Assembly: GCA_001821395.1 (NCBI GenBank)
Contig: MHLM01000005.1
Coordinates: forward strand, 1-28,217
DNA from: Candidatus Lloydbacteria bacterium RIFCSPHIGHO2_02_FULL_50_18
GTDB taxonomy: Bacteria; Patescibacteriota; Minisyncoccia; Phycocordibacterales; UBA6899
Direction of reading: 5' to 3'
Length of the DNA: 28,217 bases
Shown here: one piece after another, positions 14,579 to 25,700 of the stretch
Layout: the number at the start of each line of letters is the position of its first letter
Numbering within the stretch: position 1 is the stretch's first letter
Notes under the pieces: generated by a model
What the model was told of the DNA's origin: nothing
The model's database searches: none
The model's input: only the letters and a program-made list of their open reading frames with translations
Translations under genes and position numbers: made by a program

Positions 14579-16078
14579 TTATTTTCCGATGTTTTTGACC
14601 CATCCGAAGGTCCCCTGGAAGTTCTCAAGAATGATATCAATGATCGATTTCTCTTTATTCGGAGTGAATAAGACGAAGTTCTCTGATTTTGTTTTATTGC
14701 GTGCCTCATCACGACATTCAACCCAGAACTGATATACCGTTGACGGCAGGAACTCGACGACGACTGACACATGGTCAGTGCGCGGTTCCTTCTCTTCACC
14801 AAGTCCGCTCGGCTCGATCGCCGGGTTCAATCCTTCGCGATAAAAGAACTGACAATATGCCTGCTCGTCCGTTCCCCAGGAAACGATGGTCTGCACTTTC
14901 GCATCTGCGGAAGGAAACAGAGTTGATTCATTGGAAACCTTGGAGATGATGGGCGGAGCAATGTCCTTGATCGTCGTGAACGAGATCGGCGCTGATGTTA
15001 CTTTGTCTCCGACGATATTCTCGGCCTTCACGATGGCCGTATAGCGAAGACCGAGCGAAAGTCCGGCGATCTTCAACTGATGCGATAGTGCAAAGACCGG
15101 TGAACCCGCGGACTTCGCCTCCTTCGTCTTTGTGTTCGTATATTCGACGGTCCCGGCGGCAGGAATCGAGGTGCGCCATGCAACGGTCGCGGAATCTGCC
15201 TCAACTTTAATGATGCGGAAATTCATGATTGACGGCAGCTGTGCCTTCGTAATGAATGTATCATCGCGAGACTCTCCCGTGAGCCCGAGGTCCGAATCAG
15301 AGACGACCTGAAAATGGTGGAGGGTTCCCGGGGAAAGCCCGTTCACGCGCACAGAATGTTCACGCGTTCGCTCACCGGCATCACCGGATTCTGTGCTATA
15401 GGCCTTATCCGTTCCGGGACGATAGTCGCTATCGCGCGCATAGCGCACTACCCCACCGGCGTCCTGATCGGTCGACCATGTCACTATCGCATAATCACTC
15501 CCCACTTCTTTCACCCCCGGACTTCCGATGATGCGTGGCGCTTCAAGTACCTTCTTTGCGACATCATCAATTTCCTCGGACACAGCCCGGAGCCCCTCCA
15601 TGGACTTCAATTGACGAACGGAAGTGATGGCACGATCGACAATCACTCTTTCGTCTACGGGAATTTTCTCGAGTTCTTTTGCGCTCATGACACCCTTGGT
15701 CGTAATGGTGTAATCACCGGAAAGCGCCTGATTGCCCCCCTCGTCGGAAGAGCCAATACGCAAATGGTACATCGTTGACGGCTCGAGGCCTTCAAGAATA
15801 AGACGATGTGTTTTTTTATTCGGTATCGAGTCACGAATGACACCGTAGTCTTTTGTCAGACCAAAATTCACTTCCGAGTCCGCGTCCTCATCAGTATTCC
15901 ACGTGATAACAGAAGTCGTTGCATTCAATGAAACAATCTCAATATTCGACAATCTTGGGGGGATCCCGTCACCGGAAACTTGAGCGAACAAAGAGGCAGG
16001 ACCGAACAGGCCATACCCAATAGCACCTCCAACCAGAGAAAGGGATGCGAGGACTCCGAGTTTGTTCATGAAGCGCAT
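14579..16078 (-). CDS. Secreted protein with four Fn3-like repeats of the purple-acid-phosphatase N-terminal type (500 aa from the MRFMNK start)
   Basis: The track ORF 14579..16171 was trimmed to the ATG at 16078, where the signal peptide MRFMNKLGVLASLSLVGGAIGYGLF begins. Four ~95-aa repeats carry the T-W-x-T-D and ...V.YG motifs: SVITWNTDEDADSEVNFG, YAIVTWSTDQDAGGVVRYA, ATVAWRTSIPAAGTVEYT and TIVSWGTDEQAYCQFFY. Confidence 0.8.
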   Translation of the reverse strand: MRFMNKLGVLASLSLVGGAIGYGLFGPASLFAQVSGDGIPPRLSNIEIVSLNATTSVITWNTDEDADSEVNFGLTKDYGVIRDSIPNKKTHRLILEGLEPSTMYHLRIGSSDEGGNQALSGDYTITTKGVMSAKELEKIPVDERVIVDRAITSVRQLKSMEGLRAVSEEIDDVAKKVLEAPRIIGSPGVKEVGSDYAIVTWSTDQDAGGVVRYARDSDYRPGTDKAYSTESGDAGERTREHSVRVNGLSPGTLHHFQVVSDSDLGLTGESRDDTFITKAQLPSIMNFRIIKVEADSATVAWRTSIPAAGTVEYTNTKTKEAKSAGSPVFALSHQLKIAGLSLGLRYTAIVKAENIVGDKVTSAPISFTTIKDIAPPIISKVSNESTLFPSADAKVQTIVSWGTDEQAYCQFFYREGLNPAIEPSGLGEEKEPRTDHVSVVVEFLPSTVYQFWVECRDEARNKTKSENFVLFTPNKEKSIIDIILENFQGTFGWVKNIGK

Positions 16079-16093
16079 GCTCTCTATAGTATA
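16079..16093 (-). promoter_or_regulatory. -10 box TATACT plus ATAGAGAGC spacer abutting the Fn3-gene ATG (near-leaderless; same family as the ABC promoters)
   Basis: The minus strand reads gaTATACTATAGAGAGC-ATG. The hexamer is at plus-strand 16088-16093, 9 nt from the ATG. Confidence 0.4.
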
Positions 16094-16121
16094 TCGCAGA
16101 ACCGATAGAAATGAATAGAAA

Positions 16122-16150
16122 AACGCCGAACTCATAAAAAGTTCGGCGTT
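16122..16150 (-). terminator. Rho-independent terminator of the small beta-strand protein gene
   Basis: AACGCCGAACT (16122-16132) forms a perfect 11-bp GC-rich stem with AGTTCGGCGTT (16140-16150) around a 7-nt loop. On the minus-strand transcript it is followed by UUUCUAUUCAUUUC. Confidence 0.6.
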
Positions 16151-16180
16151 CACTGTGCATATCCATTCCACGCTGCGCCG

Positions 16181-16663
16181 TCAATCAAATAGACGACCCA
16201 ATTCTTTGAACGGTATTTTTATACCGACAAAGATAAGCCCCTGCCCGTTGGATACCGGAGGAATGACGATGCCATAGATGCCAAAATGTTTATATTGCTT
16301 CGAGAATGAAGGGAGGATAACGCTCCCTACCGCTCCATTTTGATAATTCGGATACCCGTCCACATACCCCATCGTGGCACCGACTCTCACCCCCCAAATT
16401 TCCCACGGATGATAATGTGCAAATGCATAGTTCGACCGCAGCCCAAAGCTATTCTTATAGAAGCCCGCGGAGATCGCGGTGTTTGAATTCAATTGATATT
16501 CAACACCGAGTCCGAGATTCACTTCATTGTGCGGTGAGTCATGGGGCATGTGATAACTAAAGCCACCCGTTTGCAGCTGCCACGTACCAACCGGTACACC
16601 CTGTGCGAATGCCGTCCCCGAACCAAGCACGATAGCACCGGCGCAGATCATTTTGATGAACAT
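16181..16663 (-). CDS. Small secreted beta-strand-rich protein (160 aa), outer-membrane beta-barrel-like; the resemblance to PagL/acyloxyacyl-hydrolase or OmpW-type proteins is tentative
   Basis: The signal peptide is MFIKMICAGAIVLGSGTAFAQG. The body alternates hydrophobic and polar residues with Gly/Tyr-rich turns (GVEYQLNSNTAISAGFYKNSFG; GIYGIVIPPVSNG). An H-x-S (HDS) motif is present. The SD-like GGAGAG lies 4 nt before the ATG. The family assignment is not verified. Confidence 0.6.
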   Translation of the reverse strand: MFIKMICAGAIVLGSGTAFAQGVPVGTWQLQTGGFSYHMPHDSPHNEVNLGLGVEYQLNSNTAISAGFYKNSFGLRSNYAFAHYHPWEIWGVRVGATMGYVDGYPNYQNGAVGSVILPSFSKQYKHFGIYGIVIPPVSNGQGLIFVGIKIPFKELGRLFD

Positions 16664-16756
16664 GGGATCTCTCCAATCAACGTTCTTTCTCTCTTATTTG
16701 TACGCGTGCTACCTAAAATGTCAATTACCTCACGGCCACGCGATGTCTCATCAATA

Positions 16757-19700
16757 CTATTGAGCAAAGAAGTAATTTGTCCCCGAGTGTGTACTCGCTG
16801 CAGTACCAAGCGGTACGGCAAGCCCCCAATAGATATCACGGAAAAATGCACTCGTTGATGTTGGTTTAGTGATGGCAACCGGGAAATAGGTCGGACTCGA
16901 TGAGGCGGACAGGATGTTGCATGTCGTACATGCACTATATGTGAACGTTGAAGTTGAATATTTTTGCTGACTGTAGGAAATAGAAGATGCACCTGCTGTC
17001 ATAGGATCCCCACCAATACCGAGATTAAGAACGGTATTACCAGTGTTATTGACTGTCGTCGTTGCGTCGGAAGCACCAGTGTCGGCACCCACGACAACGG
17101 AACCAAAACTGATGGTCGAAGACGCGCTCATGGCCTGGAGCGTAAGCACCTCTTGCGAGGCCGACATCGTGTCATATGAACTTGAGGTGTCCCACACGGA
17201 CAATATCGCCTGCCAATTATCCGCATTGAAATAACTCCCCGCATCCGTTGGATCAGCAAAGTATTTCATCGGTGCAGAACATGAAACCTCGCAACTATTT
17301 CCGGAGCAGCCATAGAGCGAGCATGATGATGTTCCGATCTGGTAACAATTATTGAGGTCTGCCGTACACGAACCTCCTCCTGCGACACTCGAACGATAGA
17401 AGGTCGATGATGCGGCAATAATATCAGCGTACCCGTTCAGGTCGGAGAGGGTTGCGGTTGCGCTGATCGTTGTCGTCGTACCTTCGGTGAGCGCGATATT
17501 GCTGTTCCCATTGAATGTCAGATCGGCGATAACAGGAGGATGGAGCACGGTCATTTCCGCGACTCTTGAATAGTTATCAAGCGGGGTGCCGGCATCGGTC
17601 GCACGGAAACAATACGCATTCTGCACTGCATATGCGGTCACCATTTGGAAGTTGTACTCAACCTCAGTGAACGATAATGCAGGGAGTGCCATCGGATTCG
17701 TCTGTATGGAGGCGTCTTTCATGATCTCGCCGTTCACGAACGTATGCAGCGCAGGAATCGAGAGTAACTGCGTGGTCGATGCTTTGTCGGTAAACTGTGT
17801 CGATGCCGCCATACATGCGGGACTCGTTCCGCACGAACCATTCGGAGTGACATCGATATAATTTCCTGTCGGTACCGATTCACAGTTCGGCGACGAAAGT
17901 TTTTCCGCTACCTGGAGTCGGAATTGTTTATTCGTGAGCGGAAGTCCGGAATTCCTGACCGTCATACGCAAGCGAATATTCTCGCCCGCAAGCTGGTTCA
18001 CGAGCACGGTATTCTCTGCCGCCTTCCATGTTGCTCCTGAGTCCGCCTGCTCAAGACCAAAATCAACGCCGGGGGCGCTTGAAATATATTGTCGTGCAGC
18101 AGGGGTATCCCAACCGCTGTGTTGATACCAGAATGTGAAGCCAACTCCACCGGATGTATAAGTAGAATCAACCGCAGAAGTCGTCGCAAAAACTGCCCCA
18201 GTATCGTCGTACACCGTGACATTGATCTGGTTATTTGAAAGCCAGTCAATGGATGTTTCATACCAATGTAATCCATTTGGCCACGTAACGCTTGTGGTGC
18301 CAATTTCTGACGCGCTCCCACTGTGAGAATTGTATGCCACGTTTTTTGCAATGGCTACCTTATCTGCTCCGGCAGCCTCAAGACAGACAGCGTAATTTTG
18401 ATGGGCGGTGATGGGCGACTGGATCGCGAACATGAAACATGGCTCATCAGAATTATCAGCTGTTATATTAATCTGCTGGAAAAATCGGAATGTCGTGTCG
18501 CGACCGACACCAGCCCCAACCTGGCCGATACCACTTGTATTCTGGGCGGTGGTATTTCCTGCCGAGGCAGAAAGTCCATAATTGCCCTCATGGTATATTG
18601 ATGCGCTATTCGCGAATAGCGAAACATCTCCGGAATATTCAGAAAGGTTATTGTCCTCAAAGTCATCGAAGAATTTGAAGGTTGAGGTACCGCTTGACCC
18701 GGCCGCAACACTTGCGTTGCCGTAGTACATGAAGATATCGGTCACGGCAGAGCCGGTAAGCGTAGGGACCTTCACCCAAACGGTCGACGAGCCGCTTGTC
18801 ACATAGGTTTCCACCCAATAAGGTATCGAGGTCGTACCGCCCGAGTCGGTAAAGCGCAGATCGTTGAAATTACTCTGCATGTCCGCATCATACGGCACAT
18901 TCATCTTTACCTGCGCGTTCGTAACGGTCGACGCCGAATTATTCGTGATGCGGACCCGCTGACGTTTTGACCAGCTCTGGCTGTACCATTCGGTCGCAAG
19001 CGCTCCCTCCCCTCCGTCGTCATTGCGCCAACGATACGTCTTCTGGTCGGAGAACAGACAGGAACTATCAGACCAACGGATGGAGCCGCAGGCATCAATA
19101 CCGTCGTTATCATACTTTTCACTTGCCATGTTCCCATGCTCATAGGTCCAGGTGATCGCATTCGTTGTCGTACCGATACGACTCACATTCGCACCGCCAA
19201 TAGCGGTCGTCGTTGCAAAGCGCACCTGCGAATACTGCGCCGACGCGTTTTGATCAATGGTCGATGAAGCGATAGTGATCATACTCCCACCATTCGTCGC
19301 AAGCTCGAAATCGCCATTATTCATTCCCGTGATCGTTGTCGTCCCGGTCAAATTGAGCCCCGTCGCATCAAGATTCCTGAATTGGTAATAGTTCGCATTC
19401 AAGGTCGCGTCACTCACCGTAAGACCGTAACTTCCGCTCGCAATACGATCGACCGTTGTTGATGCGGCGGCGACACCCACCATTTGCAGCGATGAATTCG
19501 TGCTGAACACTGCGGTTGCTCCCGCACCAAAGCGCACGTTGACCTGTCGAGCGCTTCCGCCTAACGCAACGCCGTCAAAGTTGGTCGCATAGCTCCAGTA
19601 GTCCGTTCCCGAGACCCTGGCATATGCTCCATAGATATTGAGTGCACCTGAAACAGCACCATGGTTCTGCGAGTAGAGCGATGCGTTCGCGGGGATCTGA

Positions 19701-22700
19701 TACGTTGTCGCGGACGAATTCCAGCTGCGAATATTGTTGTTTGCCGCTAATCGGAGTGTTCCGTATACATCACCACCCTGTGTCTTCGTGTTCATCGAAT
19801 AGCTTGTACCCGAGTACAAGGAGAGCGTGGAGCCGGTCCATGCCGTTGCCCCGCCGCCCACGAGATTAGTGAAGATGCCGCCCACCGCAAGCGAAGAACC
19901 CGACGCTTGAGTGAAGTTTCCGCTAGTTAATGTGAACGCATTCGTTGCTGTTGCATTCGCCCCGAAGCTTACTGTTGCTCCGCCGGTACCAAGCACATTT
20001 ACATTGTAAAGCGATGATGCGCCGAGTGCGACATTTTTTGTACCCGACGAAGGGTTAAAGGTGGCCGTCCCCGTACCCACAGATATCGTCCCGATCGCGA
20101 TGAAGTTTCCTCCCGCGACAAAATTTGCGAACGGCAACGTCGTCGAACCCGAAGCGAATATCACATCCCCGGTCGCCGTTGCATTCGCATCCAAGAACGT
20201 AAAGTCTCCATTATTCCCGACCAGGAAGCCGCCGAGTGCGGAACCATTTGTGCGAACGATGCGCCCCGTGGATGTAGCAGTCATCTTGAGTGTTCCATTG
20301 CTCGATGTGAATATTCCTCCCTCATTGTCAAAATCAGTTCCGACCGCAAGCGTGCCGGTCGGCAGCACGGCCGTTCCCGATGTGATGAGTATTCCCGCCG
20401 TCGCCGTCGCATTCGTATCAAGGAAGGTCCAACCCCCACCCATGCCCCTGAACTCGAGTGCATTAAACGATGAACCGGATGCACGAATATTCTTTCCCGA
20501 CGCTGTCGCAGTGAAACGCAGTGACCCTGAGTTATGCGCGAAGGTCCCACCGTTCGCATCGAACGATCCTCCGACGGCCATCAGCCAGGACGGAAGAATG
20601 ACGTTACCTGCGGTTATGGAAATATTATTCGATGTCGTCGCCACTCCACTGATATTCCACCCTCCGGCGGCACCACTGAATGTGAGATCGTAGAACGTAA
20701 GCGATGATGATGCGGCAATGAACTTTCCCGTAGTCGTTGCATTGAAGATAAATGTCGAGTTGGCGGGAGCAACCGAGGCTCCTGACCGGGCTAAGAATTG
20801 TCCGGCTAACGTAGCTGTTTCAGTACCGGTCGAACTCCATGTCGACGTCGCGTAAAGCTCCACTGAACCATCGATCGCACCACCCGCGTTCCCATGTATC
20901 GTGACATTCCCATTTGGAGCGAAGGTCTTCCCTGTCCATACGATGAGTTTTGTATTCGCACGAACTAAAAGTGTGTTTGGTGCGCCAAGTGATGCGGTAA
21001 ACGGAATATCCGTATCCTGATTTCCATCATAGATATCCATTGCGTTGATGGTTAGCGGACCTCCCTGCTCATGGCGAAGGATGACGCGATTGCGATACAA
21101 GTGCATATTGCTGATGTTCGTTGTCGGATCGTACGAGATATTTGCGGCGCTCGTCGTGCTATTCGTGTCGAGATAGAGCGTAAGCGTATCACCAGGATTA
21201 AAGACGACTGTTGAGATCGAGAACGCACCGGTCACAGCGTTACAGGCGGAGGCATACGAACCCGCACCCTGAACCTTGAGACGCACACTTTGTGTGACGC
21301 CGTTACACGTAGGACCGCCGATCGGCGTGTTCCCTTCATCGCTATACACATTTCCCGAAATGGTGATGCTGTTCGCGGAATCATCCCACACGATGTAGCC
21401 AGGATCTCCGCCCGGGTCGGAATCGTGCGATTCTCCCGCATAATTTCCAAGATCTGCGGGGGTACCGGCAAAACGCCAGATCGACGCAGTGATACCGGTC
21501 GCCTTCACATTGTAACCGGAAAGTACTCCTGTCGACGTGCTGAAATAATTCCGTGAAAAGATCTTAAGCGGATTTGCGTCGATCGTTCCGCCTGCGACGG
21601 TGATCATACTTCCTCCCGCAACCTGGAGGAGAAGGTCGGCATCATCAATCGCGTTCACCGTCGGAGTGCCGGTGAAATTGAGTCCATTCCCGTTGATACC
21701 ACGTACATGCAAATAACGCATCGTGGTTGACCCGCCAGAAATATTCATTGCGTATGTCCCTGCCGATTGCACATCAAGCGTCGTTGACGCCGCCCCGGCA
21801 CCGATGATCTCGAGTCCGCCGGTTCCTGAAACGGTCATCGTGGTCGCCGAAGCGAACCGCACATCAACCTGACGACTGCCCCCTCCCAGCTCGGTACCGT
21901 CAAAATCGTTCGCGTAACTCCAATAGTCTGTTCCTGACGAACGTGTATACGCTCCATATATATAGAGTGACCCTGTCGCGGCGGCATGATTCTGCGAATA
22001 CAAGCTGCCAGTCGAATGAATAAGCGTCGTCGTCGCGACGGAGTTCCACATATTGATCGCGGTATTTGCACCGATATTGAGCGTGTCATATCGTTCCCCG
22101 CCTTGTGACTTTGAATTCAACCCCGATGGAGCACTTCCATTCATGTAGAGTGTTGCTCCGGTCCACGTCGTTGCGCTCCCCCCTACCGCATTCGTGAACA
22201 CCCCCCGCACTTCGAGTGTCGTTCCCGAAGCCATCGTAAATTGCGAAAGTTCCGTGAGGGAGAAATTATTTGTTGCGGTCGCATTTCCCGTGATAGTCCA
22301 CCCTCCCGACGCACTGTTGAAATTCACGTTGTAGAATGTTGACGATGCGGTGGTGACCAAATGCCCCGTCGTCGTTGCGACGAAATTGACCGTTCCGCCG
22401 GAATGGGTAAATATTCCCGCGTTCACCCAATCGCGCGATGCATTCAGTGCGGCGAGATCGGACGCAATGAACGTCGTTGTAGCGCGGATGAAGACATCCC
22501 CGAGCATGTTAAGTACGGGGTCATTCGTAGCAGCCGTCACCGTCGCAGTATTCACCCCGTCACCGAGCATAAAATCATTGTTCACCGTAAACGTACCGGA
22601 CAGAAGCGTGTAAGTCGGGCCACCCGCCGCACTTGGTGCAAGGTACAGTCGATAGTATGGCGCGGGGGTGATATTTGTCGCGGTGACTCCGCTGTAACGG

Positions 22701-25700
22701 AAGGTGCTCGTCTGTGCATCGAATGTACCGCTTTGCACAAAAGGAGTACCGCCTCCGGTCAAATTCCATGTCGACGGAGTCCCGGCAAGCAACGTATGGT
22801 TACTTGCCACCGTCAAGATACCGGAAACATTCACCGTTGAAGATGCGGTCTTCGTCGTAGTGCCAACGCCTCCCGTGCCAAGGGTGAGATTTCCAAAACT
22901 CCAATCGGAAGTACCTCCAAATGTTCCTCCGTTCAGAAGTGTGAATGTTCCGCCCGTTAGCGCCACGGACCCGTTACCTGAGGCATTCGCTCCCGACACC
23001 GTGATCGGACTTGCACCGGATACTGTTCCTGCGGTGACGACGAAATTATTCCCGACATTCATCGTTTGATTCACTGACCAATTTCCGCCCGCTCCATTAA
23101 AGGTGGTATTCCAGAATGTTATTGGGGCGATCGCGGTGATCGCTTTTCCAGAGGTGGTTGCAGTGAAGGTGAATGTGGAAGAAGCCGCCGTAAATGTCGT
23201 GCCCGAATCGGCTGTCCACTTGCCTCCTACGGAGTGCGACTCGGCACCCTGTGCAGTAAAGACCGCGTTGTTGTCGATGTGGAATGAACCGTCCCAATTA
23301 TTCCCCGAACCCCCGGAATTAAGCGTGATATTTCCGTCGGGAACGAACGTCTTCCCTGTCCAGATCCAGAACTCGGTTTCCGGACTGACCGTAAGGGTGT
23401 TGGGTGCACCAAGTGTGGCGACGAACGGAATATCCGTATCATTTCCTCCGTCGTACGCATTCATGCCCAAAATGTTCATCGGTGTCACATCTTCGTGACT
23501 TACGATCACACGATCCTGGTAGAGCTTGATGCCCGAGAGGTCTGCGGCAGCGGACTTCGTGACATAGACAGCGCGCCTCCCGCCATTCGTATCGAGATAC
23601 ACCGTCATCACCGTATCTCCCGTGAAGGTAACACCGGGAACCGTAAATGTCCCATTGGCAGAACTACACGCCGCGGCAAAATTCCCCAGTCCGTCTACTT
23701 TCACTCGAACATTTTGTGTAACATCATTACACGTTGGAGCACCCATCGGCGTTACCCCTGCATCCGAATATACCGTACCCGAAATTGAAATAACAAACAT
23801 ACTATCGTCCCACCTAATATACCCGGGATCCCCCGCAGGATCATTATCGAACCTCTCTCCTGCGATGTTCCCGTAATGCTGCTTGAAGCGGATGAATGAG
23901 GACGCAAGCGGAGAGCCTGACTCGGTGACATTGTACGCGGCGATCGCCGTCGTCGTCGCAAAGCGCATATTGAATATTTGCATTCCCGCATTTTGATCGA
24001 CCGTGGTCGAAGCAATGGTCATCGCGCTCCCTCCCGCTTGCGCAACCTCAATGTCTCCAAATGAAAGCGCTGAGATGATCGTTGAACCGGCAAGCGAAAG
24101 ACCTGCAGCATTCATATTTCGCATCTGGTAGTACGCAGCATTCAATGTTGTCGAATTGAGAGTGATCCCGTAACTCCCAGACGACTGACGGTCAACCGTC
24201 GTCGATGCTGTTGGGCTTCCGATCATTTCAAGCGTCGTGCCGGTCGCAAATGTTGCAGTCGCCCCGGAGGCAAACTTCACATTTACCTGACGCGCCAGAC
24301 CGCCCAATGCTGCACCGTCAAAATCGATAGCGTGATCCCAATACTCAGTTGATGCGTTTCGTGTATACGCTCCCCAAATATCAAGCTCTCCGGGGACCGC
24401 ATTGTGATCTTGTGAATAAAGACTGCCTATCGCGTCAATGGCATATGTTGTTGCGGATGAACCCCACATGCGAATATGCGTATTTGCTGCGACGGAAAGA
24501 GTCCCATAAGTATCCCCGCCTGCCGTCTTGGTGTTGAGCGAATACCCCGCACCGGAATAGAGCGAAAGGTTCGAGCCGGTCCACGTCGTCGCTGCACCGC
24601 TGACCTGATTGGTGAACGTGCCGCCGACTGCTAATGTTTTCCCCGAAGAAAGTGTAAAGCCTCCTGCCGTCTTTAAGATGAGATCATGCGTCGTAGTCGC
24701 GTTCCCCGACACCGTGAACGTTCCCGCACCATTCACCTTCGCATCATAGAAGAATGATGTGCCGGGATCGATGGTCTTTACCCCCGAGGCTGCGGTAAAC
24801 GTGACAAGTCCGCCGGATGCAGTGAACAGACTTGAATTTGCGAATGAGCCGCCGATAGCGAATGTCCCCGTCGGAAGTGTGGTCGAGCCGGAAGTGAATG
24901 TCACGTCACCCGTCGAGGTTGCATTCGTATCAACAATCGTGAACCCTCCGGCTCCGGCGATCAGAAGATTTGCCAACGACGAACTGAGGAGTTTGATGGT
25001 CTTCCCCGCCCCGGCTGACGTCATCTTGAGCGTTCCGCTATTGGCGGAAAATGCACCGCTCTGATTAATGAAATCTCTCCCCACCGTCAGTGTTCCCGCC
25101 GGAAGGGTTGGCGTCCCTGCGGTGATCAAGATATCCTGCGTCACCGTTGCATTCGTGTCGGACATATTCCACGTACCACCCGAACCGGCGAAAACGAGAT
25201 CGTTCCAGGATGAACCATTCGCTCTCACCGTCTTTCCGCTCGCAGTCGAGGTGAGTCGAACGACGCCGGAATTATTGAGAAATGCACCGGCGGTCGTGTT
25301 GAATGACCCCCCGACCGCAAGCGTTCCGGACGGAAGTGTCGTCGTTCCAAGTGCGGAGATAGTGAGATCGTTCGTAGTCGTCGCATTGGTGTTCTGCCAG
25401 ATCCATGTGCCGCCGGCACCATTGAACGTCGTGTTATAGAAATTCGAAACACCCTGATTGATCGTCTTCCCGGGAGAGGTTGCGGCAAATGCGACCGTAC
25501 CCGTCTGCGCAGTGAATGTTCCCAGATTATTCCAATTACCGAGCACGGTGAGTGTATTGGCGCCACCGGCATTGATCGTATCATTCGCACCGATGGTAAC
25601 ATCGGTTGCTTTCACATTACTTCCCAGGGTAATGGTCTTCACGGTTCCATCCACGACGACCGTACCAAGATCCTGCCCTGACGAGCTGTCAATCCACGTT

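Noticed and set aside
14823-14833. A tRNA-like T-loop sequence GGGTTCAATCC
   Set aside because: It lies inside the Fn3-protein CDS. The flanking bases cannot form a T-stem or acceptor stem. No D-arm or anticodon arm is present.
20061-20693. Plus-strand ORFs inside the giant gene (also 22704..23069, 25068..25439, 24759..25064 and others)
   Set aside because: They are antisense shadow ORFs. Their Pro/Val/Ala-rich translations mirror the Gly/Thr/Ala/Asn-rich codons of the real minus-strand frame.
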